From an uncultured Candidatus Saccharibacteria bacterium (GTDB lineage: Bacteria; Patescibacteriota; Minisyncoccia; Phycocordibacterales; UBA5272): a stretch of DNA of 64,000 nt. Within the stretch, counting starts at the first letter, position 1; each line of letters starts with the position of its first letter. Below, in pieces: positions 1 through 9,800 of this stretch. The notes under the pieces were generated by a model that saw only the letters and a list, made by a program, of their open reading frames with translations, did not search any database and was not told the origin of the DNA. A program made the position numbers and the translations under genes. The stretch is taken from assembly GCA_964621595.1 (NCBI GenBank), contig CAZUPO010000001.1, forward strand, positions 14,758 to 78,757, given 5' to 3'.

Positions 1-2492
1 CCATTGCATCATCAAACGCTTCTATTCCTGTTGGGAATATTACCGTTGATACTATAAATTATCCAATAAAATTCTCTGGGGAATTTGAGAACGCGAAAGA
101 ACTTCCTGACATAGCAATAACTACTACACAAGGAGTTCCGGTATACCTACGTGATATAGCATTCATCGTGGACGGATTAGAGGTGCCAAGTACATATTCT
201 CGTGTCTCTATGAAAGGCACTCCTAGCGAACAAGCGCTGACATTGAACATCTATAAAAAATCTGGTGGTGATGTAACAAAAATCACTCGCGATGTAAAAG
301 AGAAGATTGAAGAACTCAAACAGGACAAACTTCTAGGTGCACAGGTTGTGATTTCTTTTGATAGAGGTCACCTTGTCGAAAAAGATTTGAAAGAACTAAC
401 ACGCGTAGGACTAGAAACAGTCACCTTGGTGATGATCATGCTCTTCCTCACAATTGGCTGGCGCGAAGCACTTGTGGCCGGCCTCTCGATTCCCCTTTCG
501 TTTGTCATTGCTTTTATTGGCCTCTATGCATCGGGAAATTCTATTAACTTCGTTTCTCTCTTCTCTCTTATCTTGGCAATTGGCATTCTTGTTGATTCTG
601 GTATTGTGGTTGCTGAAGCAATACACACCAGACGTAAACTACTTGGCTCTAGTTATGATGCTGCGGTTGCATCGATACGAGAATATGCCTGGCCACTTAT
701 TGCCGGAACAATGACCACGGTTGCGGTGTTCGTACCACTATTTTTTATATCTGGAACAACAGGTAAATTTATTGCCTCTATTCCGTTTACGATTATATTT
801 GTCCTCATTGCGTCTATCTTTGTAGCCCTCGGTATGGTGCCACTTCTTGCGATACTACTTACCAAGGACCATAAAAATCGTTTTGAGGATATGCAAGAAG
901 AGTGGTCGGAGAAAGCAAAAACGTGGTATAAGGCAAAACTCCTAACCATTCTCCACTCTAAGAAAATACAAAATATCTTTCTCGTGTCACTTGGTGTTGG
1001 ATTTGTGGTTGCCCTCTCACTTCCAGTAGCGGGTCTTGTGAAGGTACAATTCTTCCCTCAGGATAATCAAGATTTTATTTTTGTAAGTATTGAAAAGCAA
1101 GAAGGTACACCGCTTGCTCAAACAGATCTATCTGTTAGAGAGGTGGAGGAAATGCTCTACAGTAGTGAGCATGTTGATTCTTTTGTCACGACTATTGGAG
1201 AATCATCGGCATTTACAAATAATGGGTCAAGCAGGAATACAAAGTTAGCGAGTATCACTGTCTTACTCAAAAAAGACAGGGTGCTTACCTCTACCCAAAT
1301 TGTTGAGAAATTACGAACAGAATTCTTACCAATCACATCTGCCACCATCAAGGTTGACCAAGGAAATAATGGACCGCCAAGTGGGGCACCTGTGGTAATA
1401 AAATTCTTGGGAAATAACTTAGGGGAACTATCTATCGCCTCTGATAAAGCAGAATCTATTCTTAATGAGATTGCCGGTACGCAGGATGTTCAAACATCAC
1501 TCCGAGATGACGGAATACAATTTAATATTCATATTAATCGAACGAAAGCGTCACTGGTTGGCCTCTCTCCACTTAGTGTTGCACAAATTCTTCGAACATC
1601 TGTCTCTGGAACAACCGCGACGACCATTAAAGATGGGTCCGATGATGTAGATGTCGTTGTAAAACTAAACCTTAACAGTGCCTATATCAATCCAGAAGAC
1701 ACTATAAAGACCAACATAGATACGATCCGGCAACTTCCTGTAGTTACACCAACCGGAGGATCCATTCTTCTTGGATCAATATTGGATGTAGAACTTGGAC
1801 AGAGCAGAGCAATCATCAGCCACGAAGGAAAAGAACGTGTTGCGTCCGTTACAAGTAACGTAAAGCCTTCATTCACGGCCGTGGAGATTGTAAATGATTT
1901 CAAAAAACGAGAAAAGGAACTTAATCTTCCTCCAACCGTGAGTATAGACTATGGTGGTGAAAATGAAGAAGTAAACAGATCCTTTAGAGACATGTTCCTA
2001 GCCCTTATTGCTGGCATGGTTGGTATGCTGGCGATCCTTGTGCTCGAATTTAACTCAGTACGTTTTGCGATGTATTTACTATTTGCAGTTCCCCTTTCCC
2101 TCATTGGTGTCTTGGGAGGTCTTGCTATCACGGGAAAAACATTATCCTTCTCTTCCATGCTTGGATTTATTGCGCTTGCTGGAGTAATCATTAACCATGC
2201 CATCATATTGTTAGACTCGATACTCCACAGACTTCACAAAGAACAAGAACTTCGATCTCCTGCAACACTAGATATAATTATTACAGAATCATCCGCGGTT
2301 CGACTCCGACCAATCTTCCTTACAACAGTAACAACCGTTATCGGAATGATACCACTTGCTGGAGCCTCCGCACTCTGGGGACCACTTGCATTTGCAATTA
2401 TGTTTGGACTCACCTTTGCAATGATACTTACACTTGTTCTCGTTCCAGTACTGTTCTATCGTTACCCAGGAATCTACAAGGGTATGAAGTAA
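1..2492 (+). CDS. RND-family efflux transporter permease (AcrB/HAE1-like), 5'-partial at the window edge
   Basis: Frame is open from nt 3 with no stop until 2490-2492. Multi-TM C-terminal half with a large periplasmic loop typical of RND pumps; AT-rich native composition. Confidence 0.85.
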   Translation, partial: IASSNASIPVGNITVDTINYPIKFSGEFENAKELPDIAITTTQGVPVYLRDIAFIVDGLEVPSTYSRVSMKGTPSEQALTLNIYKKSGGDVTKITRDVKEKIEELKQDKLLGAQVVISFDRGHLVEKDLKELTRVGLETVTLVMIMLFLTIGWREALVAGLSIPLSFVIAFIGLYASGNSINFVSLFSLILAIGILVDSGIVVAEAIHTRRKLLGSSYDAAVASIREYAWPLIAGTMTTVAVFVPLFFISGTTGKFIASIPFTIIFVLIASIFVALGMVPLLAILLTKDHKNRFEDMQEEWSEKAKTWYKAKLLTILHSKKIQNIFLVSLGVGFVVALSLPVAGLVKVQFFPQDNQDFIFVSIEKQEGTPLAQTDLSVREVEEMLYSSEHVDSFVTTIGESSAFTNNGSSRNTKLASITVLLKKDRVLTSTQIVEKLRTEFLPITSATIKVDQGNNGPPSGAPVVIKFLGNNLGELSIASDKAESILNEIAGTQDVQTSLRDDGIQFNIHINRTKASLVGLSPLSVAQILRTSVSGTTATTIKDGSDDVDVVVKLNLNSAYINPEDTIKTNIDTIRQLPVVTPTGGSILLGSILDVELGQSRAIISHEGKERVASVTSNVKPSFTAVEIVNDFKKREKELNLPPTVSIDYGGENEEVNRSFRDMFLALIAGMVGMLAILVLEFNSVRFAMYLLFAVPLSLIGVLGGLAITGKTLSFSSMLGFIALAGVIINHAIILLDSILHRLHKEQELRSPATLDIIITESSAVRLRPIFLTTVTTVIGMIPLAGASALWGPLAFAIMFGLTFAMILTLVLVPVLFYRYPGIYKGMK

Positions 2493-2498
2493 AACCCC

Positions 2499-2533
2499 CT
2501 ACCCATTCTGCTTTTTCCATTTGTAGAGTGTTG
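2499..2533. repeat. Direct repeat copy 1 (32/35 nt identical to 3201-3235), immediately upstream of GC-rich cassette A
   Basis: ctacccattctgctttttccatttgtagagtgttg versus ctacccattctgctttctccattcgtagagtgtta. Confidence 0.7.
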
Positions 2534-2552
2534 TATATTTAATTTAAGCAAA

Positions 2553-2581
2553 TTGACCTACTGTTTTTAAACTGATAGTGT
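2553..2581 (+). promoter_or_regulatory. sigma70-like promoter TTGACC-17-TAGTGT for cassette A
   Basis: Hexamer spacing 17 nt; followed by AAGGAAAGGG RBS and ATG at 2630. Confidence 0.5.
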
Positions 2582-2629
2582 GTTACGAGCAGGTTCCCAA
2601 ATTGCAGCACACTAAGGAAAGGGCGGCAC

Positions 2630-3145
2630 ATGATAAGAAACATCGTAACCGGGGATATCACCGATCCGATGATCAATCCCGGCGACATCATCATCGGCAT
2701 GAACTCGAAACTCACACAGGCTTCCGCGATCGGGAGGCCGTTCGTACGCAACGTGGAGGTGATCAAGCAGATCGATCTCGGATCGGTGCTCACTTTCAAC
2801 TTCGAGCCGGGGCGCTTGCTCCACATGCTCATCTGCCACAAGATCGGCAAGGGTGGTTGGGCGTCGGCAGACAAGTTCGTGCGCTTCTGCCTGGACTACC
2901 TGTGGAAGGAACACGGGCGTCGGCAATACGGAGTCGTCCAGATCGGAACTGGTTCCATCGGCAAGCGTGACGGCGCCGACTCGGCCGCCATCAGGACGGC
3001 GATGACCACCAGCTTCCTCGAGATGGATCTCTTCATCAGACCCGAGGAAGAGGAGGCGGCGACACGGGTTACACAAACCCCGCTCGTCCCCTTCCGCACC
3101 TGGAGCATGGACAAGGGTGAACGCGAGATCCGCGTCCATCACTGA
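2630..3145 (+). CDS. Macro-domain-like protein (ADP-ribose-binding fold); GC-rich cassette A
   Basis: High GC in an AT-rich context. N-terminal VTGDITD...DIIIGMNSKL...AIGR and a later G-rich IGTGSIGK loop resemble Macro-domain motifs (V.GDIT / hhhNAAN..L / G.G.yG), but the NAAN motif is degenerate (GMNS). Confidence 0.45.
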   Translation: MIRNIVTGDITDPMINPGDIIIGMNSKLTQASAIGRPFVRNVEVIKQIDLGSVLTFNFEPGRLLHMLICHKIGKGGWASADKFVRFCLDYLWKEHGRRQYGVVQIGTGSIGKRDGADSAAIRTAMTTSFLEMDLFIRPEEEEAATRVTQTPLVPFRTWSMDKGEREIRVHH

Positions 3146-3162
3146 AACGAAGGCATGTCCAG

Positions 3163-3196
3163 AAGGCCCCCGTCCGAAAGGAAGGGGGCCTTTTGA
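3163..3196 (+). terminator. Intrinsic terminator (AAGGCCCCC / GGGGGCCTT stem followed by a T-run)
   Basis: GC-rich hairpin followed by TTTTG, directly after the cassette A stop. Confidence 0.7.
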
Positions 3197-3200
3197 AATA

Positions 3201-3235
3201 CTACCCATTCTGCTTTCTCCATTCGTAGAGTGTTA
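3201..3235. repeat. Direct repeat copy 2 (native 3' end of rlmB)
   Basis: Overlaps the rlmB stop codon and last codons; pairs with 2499-2533. Confidence 0.7.
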
Positions 3236-3947
3236 CAGCAATTGCATTAGACGCGTTCAGCGACTCACATAAGCCGTTAATAGGTATCGAGAGTTTGAAA
3301 TCACAATGTTCAAGAGTTTTGTGTGCTATCCCCTGACCTTCACTGCCAACGACTATAACAGTATTTTCATCAAAAACAGTCTCTGTTAGACGTGAATCAC
3401 CTCCCCCCGTTAAGCCGTATACCCAGAAACCTTTTTCTTTAAGAGATAAAAGGGTGTTGTTAACATTACTCACTGAAATTATTGGTATAGAAAAAATGGC
3501 ACCAGAGGATGCTTTGGCAACGACACTCGTTATTTGTGCCTGATTATGTTCTGGCATAATAACTGCATCAACACCAAAGGCCAGACAACTTCTCATGATT
3601 GCACCGACGTTGTGCGGATCTTCAAGATGATCTAGAACAACAATGATCTTTTTACCTTCCTTTTCTTCTGCTAAAACCTCGGGAAGAGTCTGATACAAAC
3701 TACCCCCATCGATCAATACCGCCACCCCCTGATGAACAGCACCCCTCCCAACATGATGTTCCAATTCTTCTTCTGTAACAATGCTGTACGTGAGACGATT
3801 AGACTGAATTGTACTCATGATGAAAGAGTCTTTTTCCCCAGCTCGTGTGAGATACACTTTTTGAATAGGAACACGGGCACCTCGTACACGCGCTTTAAAT
3901 AATTCTTCGACCGTATTTTTACCGTAGATATATAATCCCTGTGACAT
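3201..3947 (-). CDS. rlmB: 23S rRNA (guanosine-2'-O)-methyltransferase RlmB / SpoU-TrmH family
   Basis: N-terminal L30e-like substrate domain plus C-terminal SPOUT motifs (VVLDHLEDPHNVGAIMRS, VYGLTGGG, ESLNASNA). Confidence 0.85.
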   Translation of the reverse strand: MSQGLYIYGKNTVEELFKARVRGARVPIQKVYLTRAGEKDSFIMSTIQSNRLTYSIVTEEELEHHVGRGAVHQGVAVLIDGGSLYQTLPEVLAEEKEGKKIIVVLDHLEDPHNVGAIMRSCLAFGVDAVIMPEHNQAQITSVVAKASSGAIFSIPIISVSNVNNTLLSLKEKGFWVYGLTGGGDSRLTETVFDENTVIVVGSEGQGIAHKTLEHCDFKLSIPINGLCESLNASNAIAVTLYEWRKQNG

Positions 3948-4004
3948 ACTAGACAGTATAGCACAAATATTGTGATATAAAAATGCGGGACCTTTACTAC
4001 TATC

Positions 4005-4541
4005 CTATTTTTGTTTTAGATCTGTAAAGGTAACATCTTTTGGCAGATCAAAAGTTTCTTCTGTATATAACCAATCTTCGCATGAGTAATCACCCACCGT
4101 TTCCGCATTCCAAGAATACATGCGGGGCGTATCGGTTGCTGTTTCAGTATTTGAGACAGTTTTTGTCTTGTAACCCACACCCTTCATAAGCGGTGTCCAT
4201 GTATAGGTGTATCCATCACGAACAATGATATCTGTATCGATTGTTTTGTTGACAATAGAGGTTGTAAAATGGCCCTTCACCCTGTCCTTGTGTATAAACA
4301 CGTCTCCGGTTACAACATTTGCTCCAAGATTTTGAGATACATGGCAATGATACGTTCCCCCTTGTGCAAGAAGTTCTGTGAATGGAATTTTTTTAGTACT
4401 TGTAGATACGATGTCTTGTTCTTGGGTGGTTACTGTCGTTGATGGAATAACTTGGTCTTCTTTGTGACTCATGTAGTACACACCTATGAAAATGCTCCCA
4501 AGCACGATTACTGAGAAAACAAGTTTACCAAGTAACGTCAT
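4005..4541 (-). CDS. Hypothetical membrane-anchored protein
   Basis: N-terminal TM helix; AT-rich; followed by the giant surface-protein gene on the same strand. Confidence 0.55.
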   Translation of the reverse strand: MTLLGKLVFSVIVLGSIFIGVYYMSHKEDQVIPSTTVTTQEQDIVSTSTKKIPFTELLAQGGTYHCHVSQNLGANVVTGDVFIHKDRVKGHFTTSIVNKTIDTDIIVRDGYTYTWTPLMKGVGYKTKTVSNTETATDTPRMYSWNAETVGDYSCEDWLYTEETFDLPKDVTFTDLKQK

Positions 4542-4563
4542 AATAAGACTAGTATACCACGCG

Positions 4564-7500
4564 CTATTTAACGGTGACAGAATCGCGTACTACATAAGTA
4601 CCACGACAAGTGAGTGTATATGTTTTTCCGGTGACACTACTATAGAGACCGACATCTTCTGATCCAGTAGTATTCTTACCATTAGACCACGCGCCACTTG
4701 CCATACAAGACTTTAGATTCTCACCAGTCCAGGACAGAATAACTCTTCGTTTTCCATCTACCATTTTTGTGGAGTAGTTTAATGTAACAGCAGGATTCTT
4801 GTTTGTGTCTTTTGTTAACACAGTCTCAACAGCAGAAGAAATTGATTTTACCGGTGAGGCAATTGCGCCAAGTGCTTTATCTTTTAGAGCAGTGGCGGCA
4901 CGAACACCGTAATTCTTTGTGTCAAAACGAATTTCGCGAGATATCTCCCCGCCTGGTCCTCCACAGGTTAGTTTGAATCCTTGGGTTCCACCAACCTTAT
5001 CGACAGCATATGAACCTGATGTTTCCTGTGCACCGGACCATGAACCTGACGCCTTACACCAAAGTGCGTTCGTCGTTTCCCAGAGGAGTGACACTGGCTT
5101 TCCATATTGAATGATGTGAGGAGTTGCTACAAAGGAAAGTGTTGGCGGTGGAGAGTCTGAGAAATTAACCTCAACAAAACTTGAGATAGATCCCCCGTCG
5201 CCGGTACACGAGAGTACATAGTTTTTACTTCCTGTTATTGGTTGCGTAGTAAAGGTACCCGCAACATTCTTTACACCGTCCCAATCACCAGAAGCATCAC
5301 AAGATGAAACGTTTTCCGCTTTCCAAACAAGAGTAATTGGTTTATTTGGCGTAATCTTACTCTCCTGCATAGAGAATCGTAATTTTGGCTGTGGGGGCGG
5401 GTTCGTAGAAACAACCTCACGTCTAGGAGATCTAATTGTTTGAATAACAATGACTGGTTGCTCAGCGTTTATTGTTATAGGTAATGGTACAGATGGATCA
5501 CGATCGGGTATCACATTTTGTTGAGTAATTGTTTGTCGTACAGTCTCCAATATCTGAGGCACCGCAACTGTCTGTTCTTGTGCTACCGTTGCAACCGAAG
5601 TTGTATTCGAAACCGCTTCTCCTGAGGTAGTAACTGCGGCTGTAGAGAAAGTTTCTGCTGGTACAACCTGTGGAGCAACTGAAATACCGACCGATTGAGT
5701 TATTTCGCCTCCATCACCTGTACACGTAAGAAGATATGATTTGTCACTGGTGAGTGAATTTACTTGCTGTTCTCCTGCAAGACCTCTATTTACCGTCACC
5801 CAATCACCCCCAGAACTATAACACTCTGTTGCATTTCTTGCCCTCCATGAAAGAGTTGCTGTGCCACCATAAGAAACCGCATTCTCAGATGAACTAAAAG
5901 TAAGCGTCGGTGGTACTTTTCTAATTATTTCTACAGCCGTTACAGCTGGTGCCTGGTTTACAGTAATAATAGCTGACTGACTAGCCTTTCCACCGGGGCC
6001 CGTGCATTCAATTGTATATGTTGTATTTGCGCGCGGAGACACTGTTTGTGTATCAGATGTCGATGTTTTATCTGTCCATGGAGCACTACACGCCGTTGTG
6101 TTAGTGGAAGACCACGTGAGTATACTAGATTGCCCTTCAGTAATAGTTGTCTGTGATGAATCCAAACTCACTTGTGGTAATGGTTTAGTTTCTGCAACTA
6201 CCTGTGGAGCAGAAACAGTTACGGTAATTGCCTGCTCACCCCTTCCCCCTTCTCCAGTACACGAAATTCTATACGTGGTAGTTGTAGATGGCGAAACTGT
6301 CTCTGATCCAGATATAGCCGAATTATTTCCCCATGATGACGTACACGTCGTCGCGTTAGTAGAACTCCAAGATAACCTTGTGCTTTGCCCTTGGGTAAGG
6401 GTCGAGGGAGACGCATCGAGTGTGACCGTTGCTGGTTGAGCAACTTGGACTACCGGGGCTGGACCTACAGCGATATTTACAGAATCTCGTGCTTCTCCAC
6501 CAACTCCTGAACAAGTAATTGTAAATACAGAACTTTCAGTAAGTGGAGGTGTTGTAAAAGAGGAAACAGTGGCAACTGGACCCGTTCTCCATGAACCTGT
6601 ACATGAATCCGCGGCTGTGGAAGACCAGTTAAGCACCGTTGCTGTGTTGTATGTTAGATTATTTGATCTTGAAGTCAATGAAACTGTTGGTACAGGTGGA
6701 GGCGGTGCCACAGTGATGGTGATAGATTTTTTTGTTTCTTGTCCGGCAGCATTATAACAACTAATAGTGAATCTTTTATCTTGGACCAATCTAGGAAGAT
6801 CTTCTTGGCCCGATAGTGACTTATTACCAGACCAATCGTCACTTGCTACACATCGTGTAGCGTTCCCGGAGGACCAATACAGGGTTGCTGGTGAATTATA
6901 TGGGAGACTATTTCCCGAAGAAGAAAAATCTATTGTTGCTACTGGCGTTGTACATGTGCTTGCAGTATTCACCCAACTCCCCCAGACAGGCTGACCATAT
7001 GAATCGGGACATGTACTCGTGCGCGTCTGGGTTACAGTACCATTCTGACCCGTTGGACATGAGATGGTCTGCTGTTCTGAAGATGTTCTACATGTGGGAG
7101 TTGGGGTAACGCATGTGTTTGTAGTATTCACCCAACCGCCCCAGACAGGCTGACCGTATGGATCAGGGCATGTACTCGTACGTGTCTGTGTTATAGAGCC
7201 TGTTTGCCCAGTTGGACAAGACACAGTCTGGTTTTCTGACGATGTCCTGCACGTGGGAGTTGCTGGTGCGTCGTTCATGGTCACAAACGCAGACTCTTCT
7301 GGTAACCATGTCCCCACAGGATTTACGTTATAACAACTAAGCACAAAGAATGGTTTTGTAAACGTACTTTTTGCAGGAAGATTTCTAATGACTTCTGTTC
7401 CACTTACTGGTTTGTACCCGGAAGACCATAATCCAACTGGGACACTTCTTCCGTAACAACTATTCCCCTGAAAGACACCAACATTTTTTGCATCCCAAGA

Positions 7501-8400
7501 AAGAGTAACGCTACCACCAGCGTCTGCTGTAGTCGGGGTAACAGAGATACTAATAGTTGGTGTACCTGCTGTTGCTGTAAGACTAGTATCAGCCGCCGCC
7601 GTAGTGGTAACAGGAACTTGTGAAGGAAAATAATTTTCAACATCTGCATAACTTGGCTGTAAATCTCCGTTATAACAAGTAACCCTAAGAGTAAACGATG
7701 CTATTCCGTAATATGCAGGTACGGTTGATAGAACTTTGGACCCAGTACCACACTGACTACTGGTACATAAATAGCCAAGACCTGCTGGCACACCAGGTCT
7801 TCCTAAAGTACAGTAGAGTGCATTTGTTGTGTTCCAGTTTATTGTTGTTTTTACCCCATCTTGATTGGGTAAACTTGGAAACAAGTTGGGGACACTAGTA
7901 TATGTCTTGGAAAGCGTCACCGTTGCTGCTGGACCTGATGCGGGCGGACTAGAGACTGTTTGAGTACCGAAGTAATTTGTTGCTGTGGTAATTGTTCTCA
8001 CTTTGACATTCTGTTGTTGCCCTGTCATTGCCCAAAAGATCACCTTGTACGAAGAAGCACTACCTATTTGAAACGTTGTTGAATACGTATTTCCACTACG
8101 CCACACCGTCCTCTGAACACCAGAATCAAGTAACGCTTGGGGATTATTAAAATTTGGATTATCGGAATCAAAGATACTGAAATACCCAACATCTGGCGGA
8201 AGTTGCGCAGAAGTGTCCACACTCACCGTTATCGTTGAACCAGGAGCAGCAGATGTTGGTGTAGGAGACACGAAGTTAAATGGCACTGTTCCGGTCTGGA
8301 GTGGAGAGAGGGTAACACCTTGTGCATTAACAAGAAAACAAGAGGAGAATATTCCTAGAAATATCCCTACAAAAAGACTTCTGCGTATGTGCTGTGACAT
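4564..8400 (-). CDS. Giant secreted/cell-surface protein (1278 aa), Thr/Ser-rich with Cys-containing Ig-like repeats
   Basis: Signal peptide (…FLVNAQG). Repeated L.WSS.NA..C modules. Two tandem 53-aa Cys-rich repeats (TPTCRTSSE.QT.SCPTGQ…) encoded by ~159-bp tandem DNA repeats near 6955-7275. Confidence 0.8.
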   Translation of the reverse strand: MSQHIRRSLFVGIFLGIFSSCFLVNAQGVTLSPLQTGTVPFNFVSPTPTSAAPGSTITVSVDTSAQLPPDVGYFSIFDSDNPNFNNPQALLDSGVQRTVWRSGNTYSTTFQIGSASSYKVIFWAMTGQQQNVKVRTITTATNYFGTQTVSSPPASGPAATVTLSKTYTSVPNLFPSLPNQDGVKTTINWNTTNALYCTLGRPGVPAGLGYLCTSSQCGTGSKVLSTVPAYYGIASFTLRVTCYNGDLQPSYADVENYFPSQVPVTTTAAADTSLTATAGTPTISISVTPTTADAGGSVTLSWDAKNVGVFQGNSCYGRSVPVGLWSSGYKPVSGTEVIRNLPAKSTFTKPFFVLSCYNVNPVGTWLPEESAFVTMNDAPATPTCRTSSENQTVSCPTGQTGSITQTRTSTCPDPYGQPVWGGWVNTTNTCVTPTPTCRTSSEQQTISCPTGQNGTVTQTRTSTCPDSYGQPVWGSWVNTASTCTTPVATIDFSSSGNSLPYNSPATLYWSSGNATRCVASDDWSGNKSLSGQEDLPRLVQDKRFTISCYNAAGQETKKSITITVAPPPPVPTVSLTSRSNNLTYNTATVLNWSSTAADSCTGSWRTGPVATVSSFTTPPLTESSVFTITCSGVGGEARDSVNIAVGPAPVVQVAQPATVTLDASPSTLTQGQSTRLSWSSTNATTCTSSWGNNSAISGSETVSPSTTTTYRISCTGEGGRGEQAITVTVSAPQVVAETKPLPQVSLDSSQTTITEGQSSILTWSSTNTTACSAPWTDKTSTSDTQTVSPRANTTYTIECTGPGGKASQSAIITVNQAPAVTAVEIIRKVPPTLTFSSSENAVSYGGTATLSWRARNATECYSSGGDWVTVNRGLAGEQQVNSLTSDKSYLLTCTGDGGEITQSVGISVAPQVVPAETFSTAAVTTSGEAVSNTTSVATVAQEQTVAVPQILETVRQTITQQNVIPDRDPSVPLPITINAEQPVIVIQTIRSPRREVVSTNPPPQPKLRFSMQESKITPNKPITLVWKAENVSSCDASGDWDGVKNVAGTFTTQPITGSKNYVLSCTGDGGSISSFVEVNFSDSPPPTLSFVATPHIIQYGKPVSLLWETTNALWCKASGSWSGAQETSGSYAVDKVGGTQGFKLTCGGPGGEISREIRFDTKNYGVRAATALKDKALGAIASPVKSISSAVETVLTKDTNKNPAVTLNYSTKMVDGKRRVILSWTGENLKSCMASGAWSNGKNTTGSEDVGLYSSVTGKTYTLTCRGTYVVRDSVTVK

Positions 8401-8453
8401 AAATATACCTTACTGCGAAGTATATCGGGTCTTTAGTATACGGTAAACCCTCC

Positions 8454-9593
8454 TTATGCACGCACGTCATCGTACGGCACAAATGTGCAACTCACTTTCT
8501 TCCCCTTGTATTCCCGTACAATAACTTCTAGTTCTGCAGCAACATCTTTTTCAGTAGTTAGTTTTTCATTTTTTAAAAAACCATACTGCACACTACCAGA
8601 CTCTGTTTTTATAGTTATCACCCCACGTTGTTTCATAGTAACAATAGACTTTAGAAGACCTTTTTCAGTATCGGAGGTTTGCAATGAATCAATAATTGAA
8701 AAACAAGAATCGACGGAACGTTCGTAACGATACAGAGCATTCATCCAATCAAGGACTCTGTCGACGGGTAACCCACCCTGCAGAACCTTCTTCAATCGGC
8801 CTTGAAAATCTCTTTGGTATTTATCACTAAAGAGATTATGCACATTGTTTCCTGATAAAGCAGCATCAAATGCTTGTGCCACTTGACTATATACCATCTT
8901 GTGATCGTGAACAAATGAATCTAATTCGTCAACTTGTTGACTGTATTGCACCTCTTCATTCTCATCAGGAACATTTGCTTCGCTCTCTTGCTCAGTACTA
9001 GGGGTAGCAATTTTTCTTATTACAATAGACTTAAGGGCAGAGTCTTCTTTTAAACATACATGAATAACATCTCGCAATTCTTTCACGAATTCCTTTTTCA
9101 TTTTAAGTCTGTTGGTGGTCAGGAGAACAACGGGTAATGAAAAAATTCTTGTTGTTCCGTCAGCAAAAGTTGCTTTAATATTTGAAGAAATTGGGGTTTT
9201 AACAAGGTTAATAAGCGCTTCCTTCTCTTCATTTCTTACATTGAGAAAAGCAATCTCTCCTACTAACCCCTGATAACTCGAAACTTCTACCCGTTCAATT
9301 TTTTTGAGAAGTTCCTCCAACGTCTCTCGTTGTACACCGTGTTCAATCGCCGCTTTAATTTCTTGTATACAATTCTGTAAACGTTTATCTAAAGAAGTTA
9401 TCTTTGCATCAGTGTCTTCGGCGATATGCAGTGCGAGAGAAAATTCTTCCGACGATACGTCATGCTGCCATACGAACGTTTCGAGTGCTCGCATTTTTTC
9501 TTTTTCGTTATTGTGAGTTAGTTTCTCTGGTGGTCCTTCTCTGTCCATATAGTTCTTAGAAAAGATTGTACTAGTAAACGAAAATTTCTCCAA
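8454..9593 (-). CDS. Hypothetical protein
   Basis: Long AT-rich ORF, acidic and coiled-coil-like; no recognisable motif. Confidence 0.55.
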   Translation of the reverse strand: MEKFSFTSTIFSKNYMDREGPPEKLTHNNEKEKMRALETFVWQHDVSSEEFSLALHIAEDTDAKITSLDKRLQNCIQEIKAAIEHGVQRETLEELLKKIERVEVSSYQGLVGEIAFLNVRNEEKEALINLVKTPISSNIKATFADGTTRIFSLPVVLLTTNRLKMKKEFVKELRDVIHVCLKEDSALKSIVIRKIATPSTEQESEANVPDENEEVQYSQQVDELDSFVHDHKMVYSQVAQAFDAALSGNNVHNLFSDKYQRDFQGRLKKVLQGGLPVDRVLDWMNALYRYERSVDSCFSIIDSLQTSDTEKGLLKSIVTMKQRGVITIKTESGSVQYGFLKNEKLTTEKDVAAELEVIVREYKGKKVSCTFVPYDDVRA

Positions 9594-9800
9594 AGGAGTG
9601 TTGTGATTCCCTTGCGACTACTTTTAGATCTCTACGTACGACTTTTTGCTGATTAACAATAGTAGAGATACCGTGTTTTTCCAAAAATATCTCTCGATAT
9701 ATGAGCGCTCCGAGAATCAACCCGGCCACAAAAAGCGCCCATTGTACCTTCGTTCTTTTTCTTGGTGGAAGATGAGAGATCATGGTGAACTGGCACGTAC

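Noticed and set aside
5900-7900. Multiple plus-strand ORFs (e.g. 6002-6439, 6569-6757, 6885-7109) inside the giant minus-strand surface-protein gene
   Set aside because: They are antisense within a long well-supported CDS, have no RBS, and consist of repeat-driven open frames.
9571-9783. 70-aa minus-strand ORF overlapping the 5' end of the 8454-9593 gene
   Set aside because: It overlaps the start region of a larger gene and has no clear RBS. It may be a real small membrane protein but is insufficiently supported.
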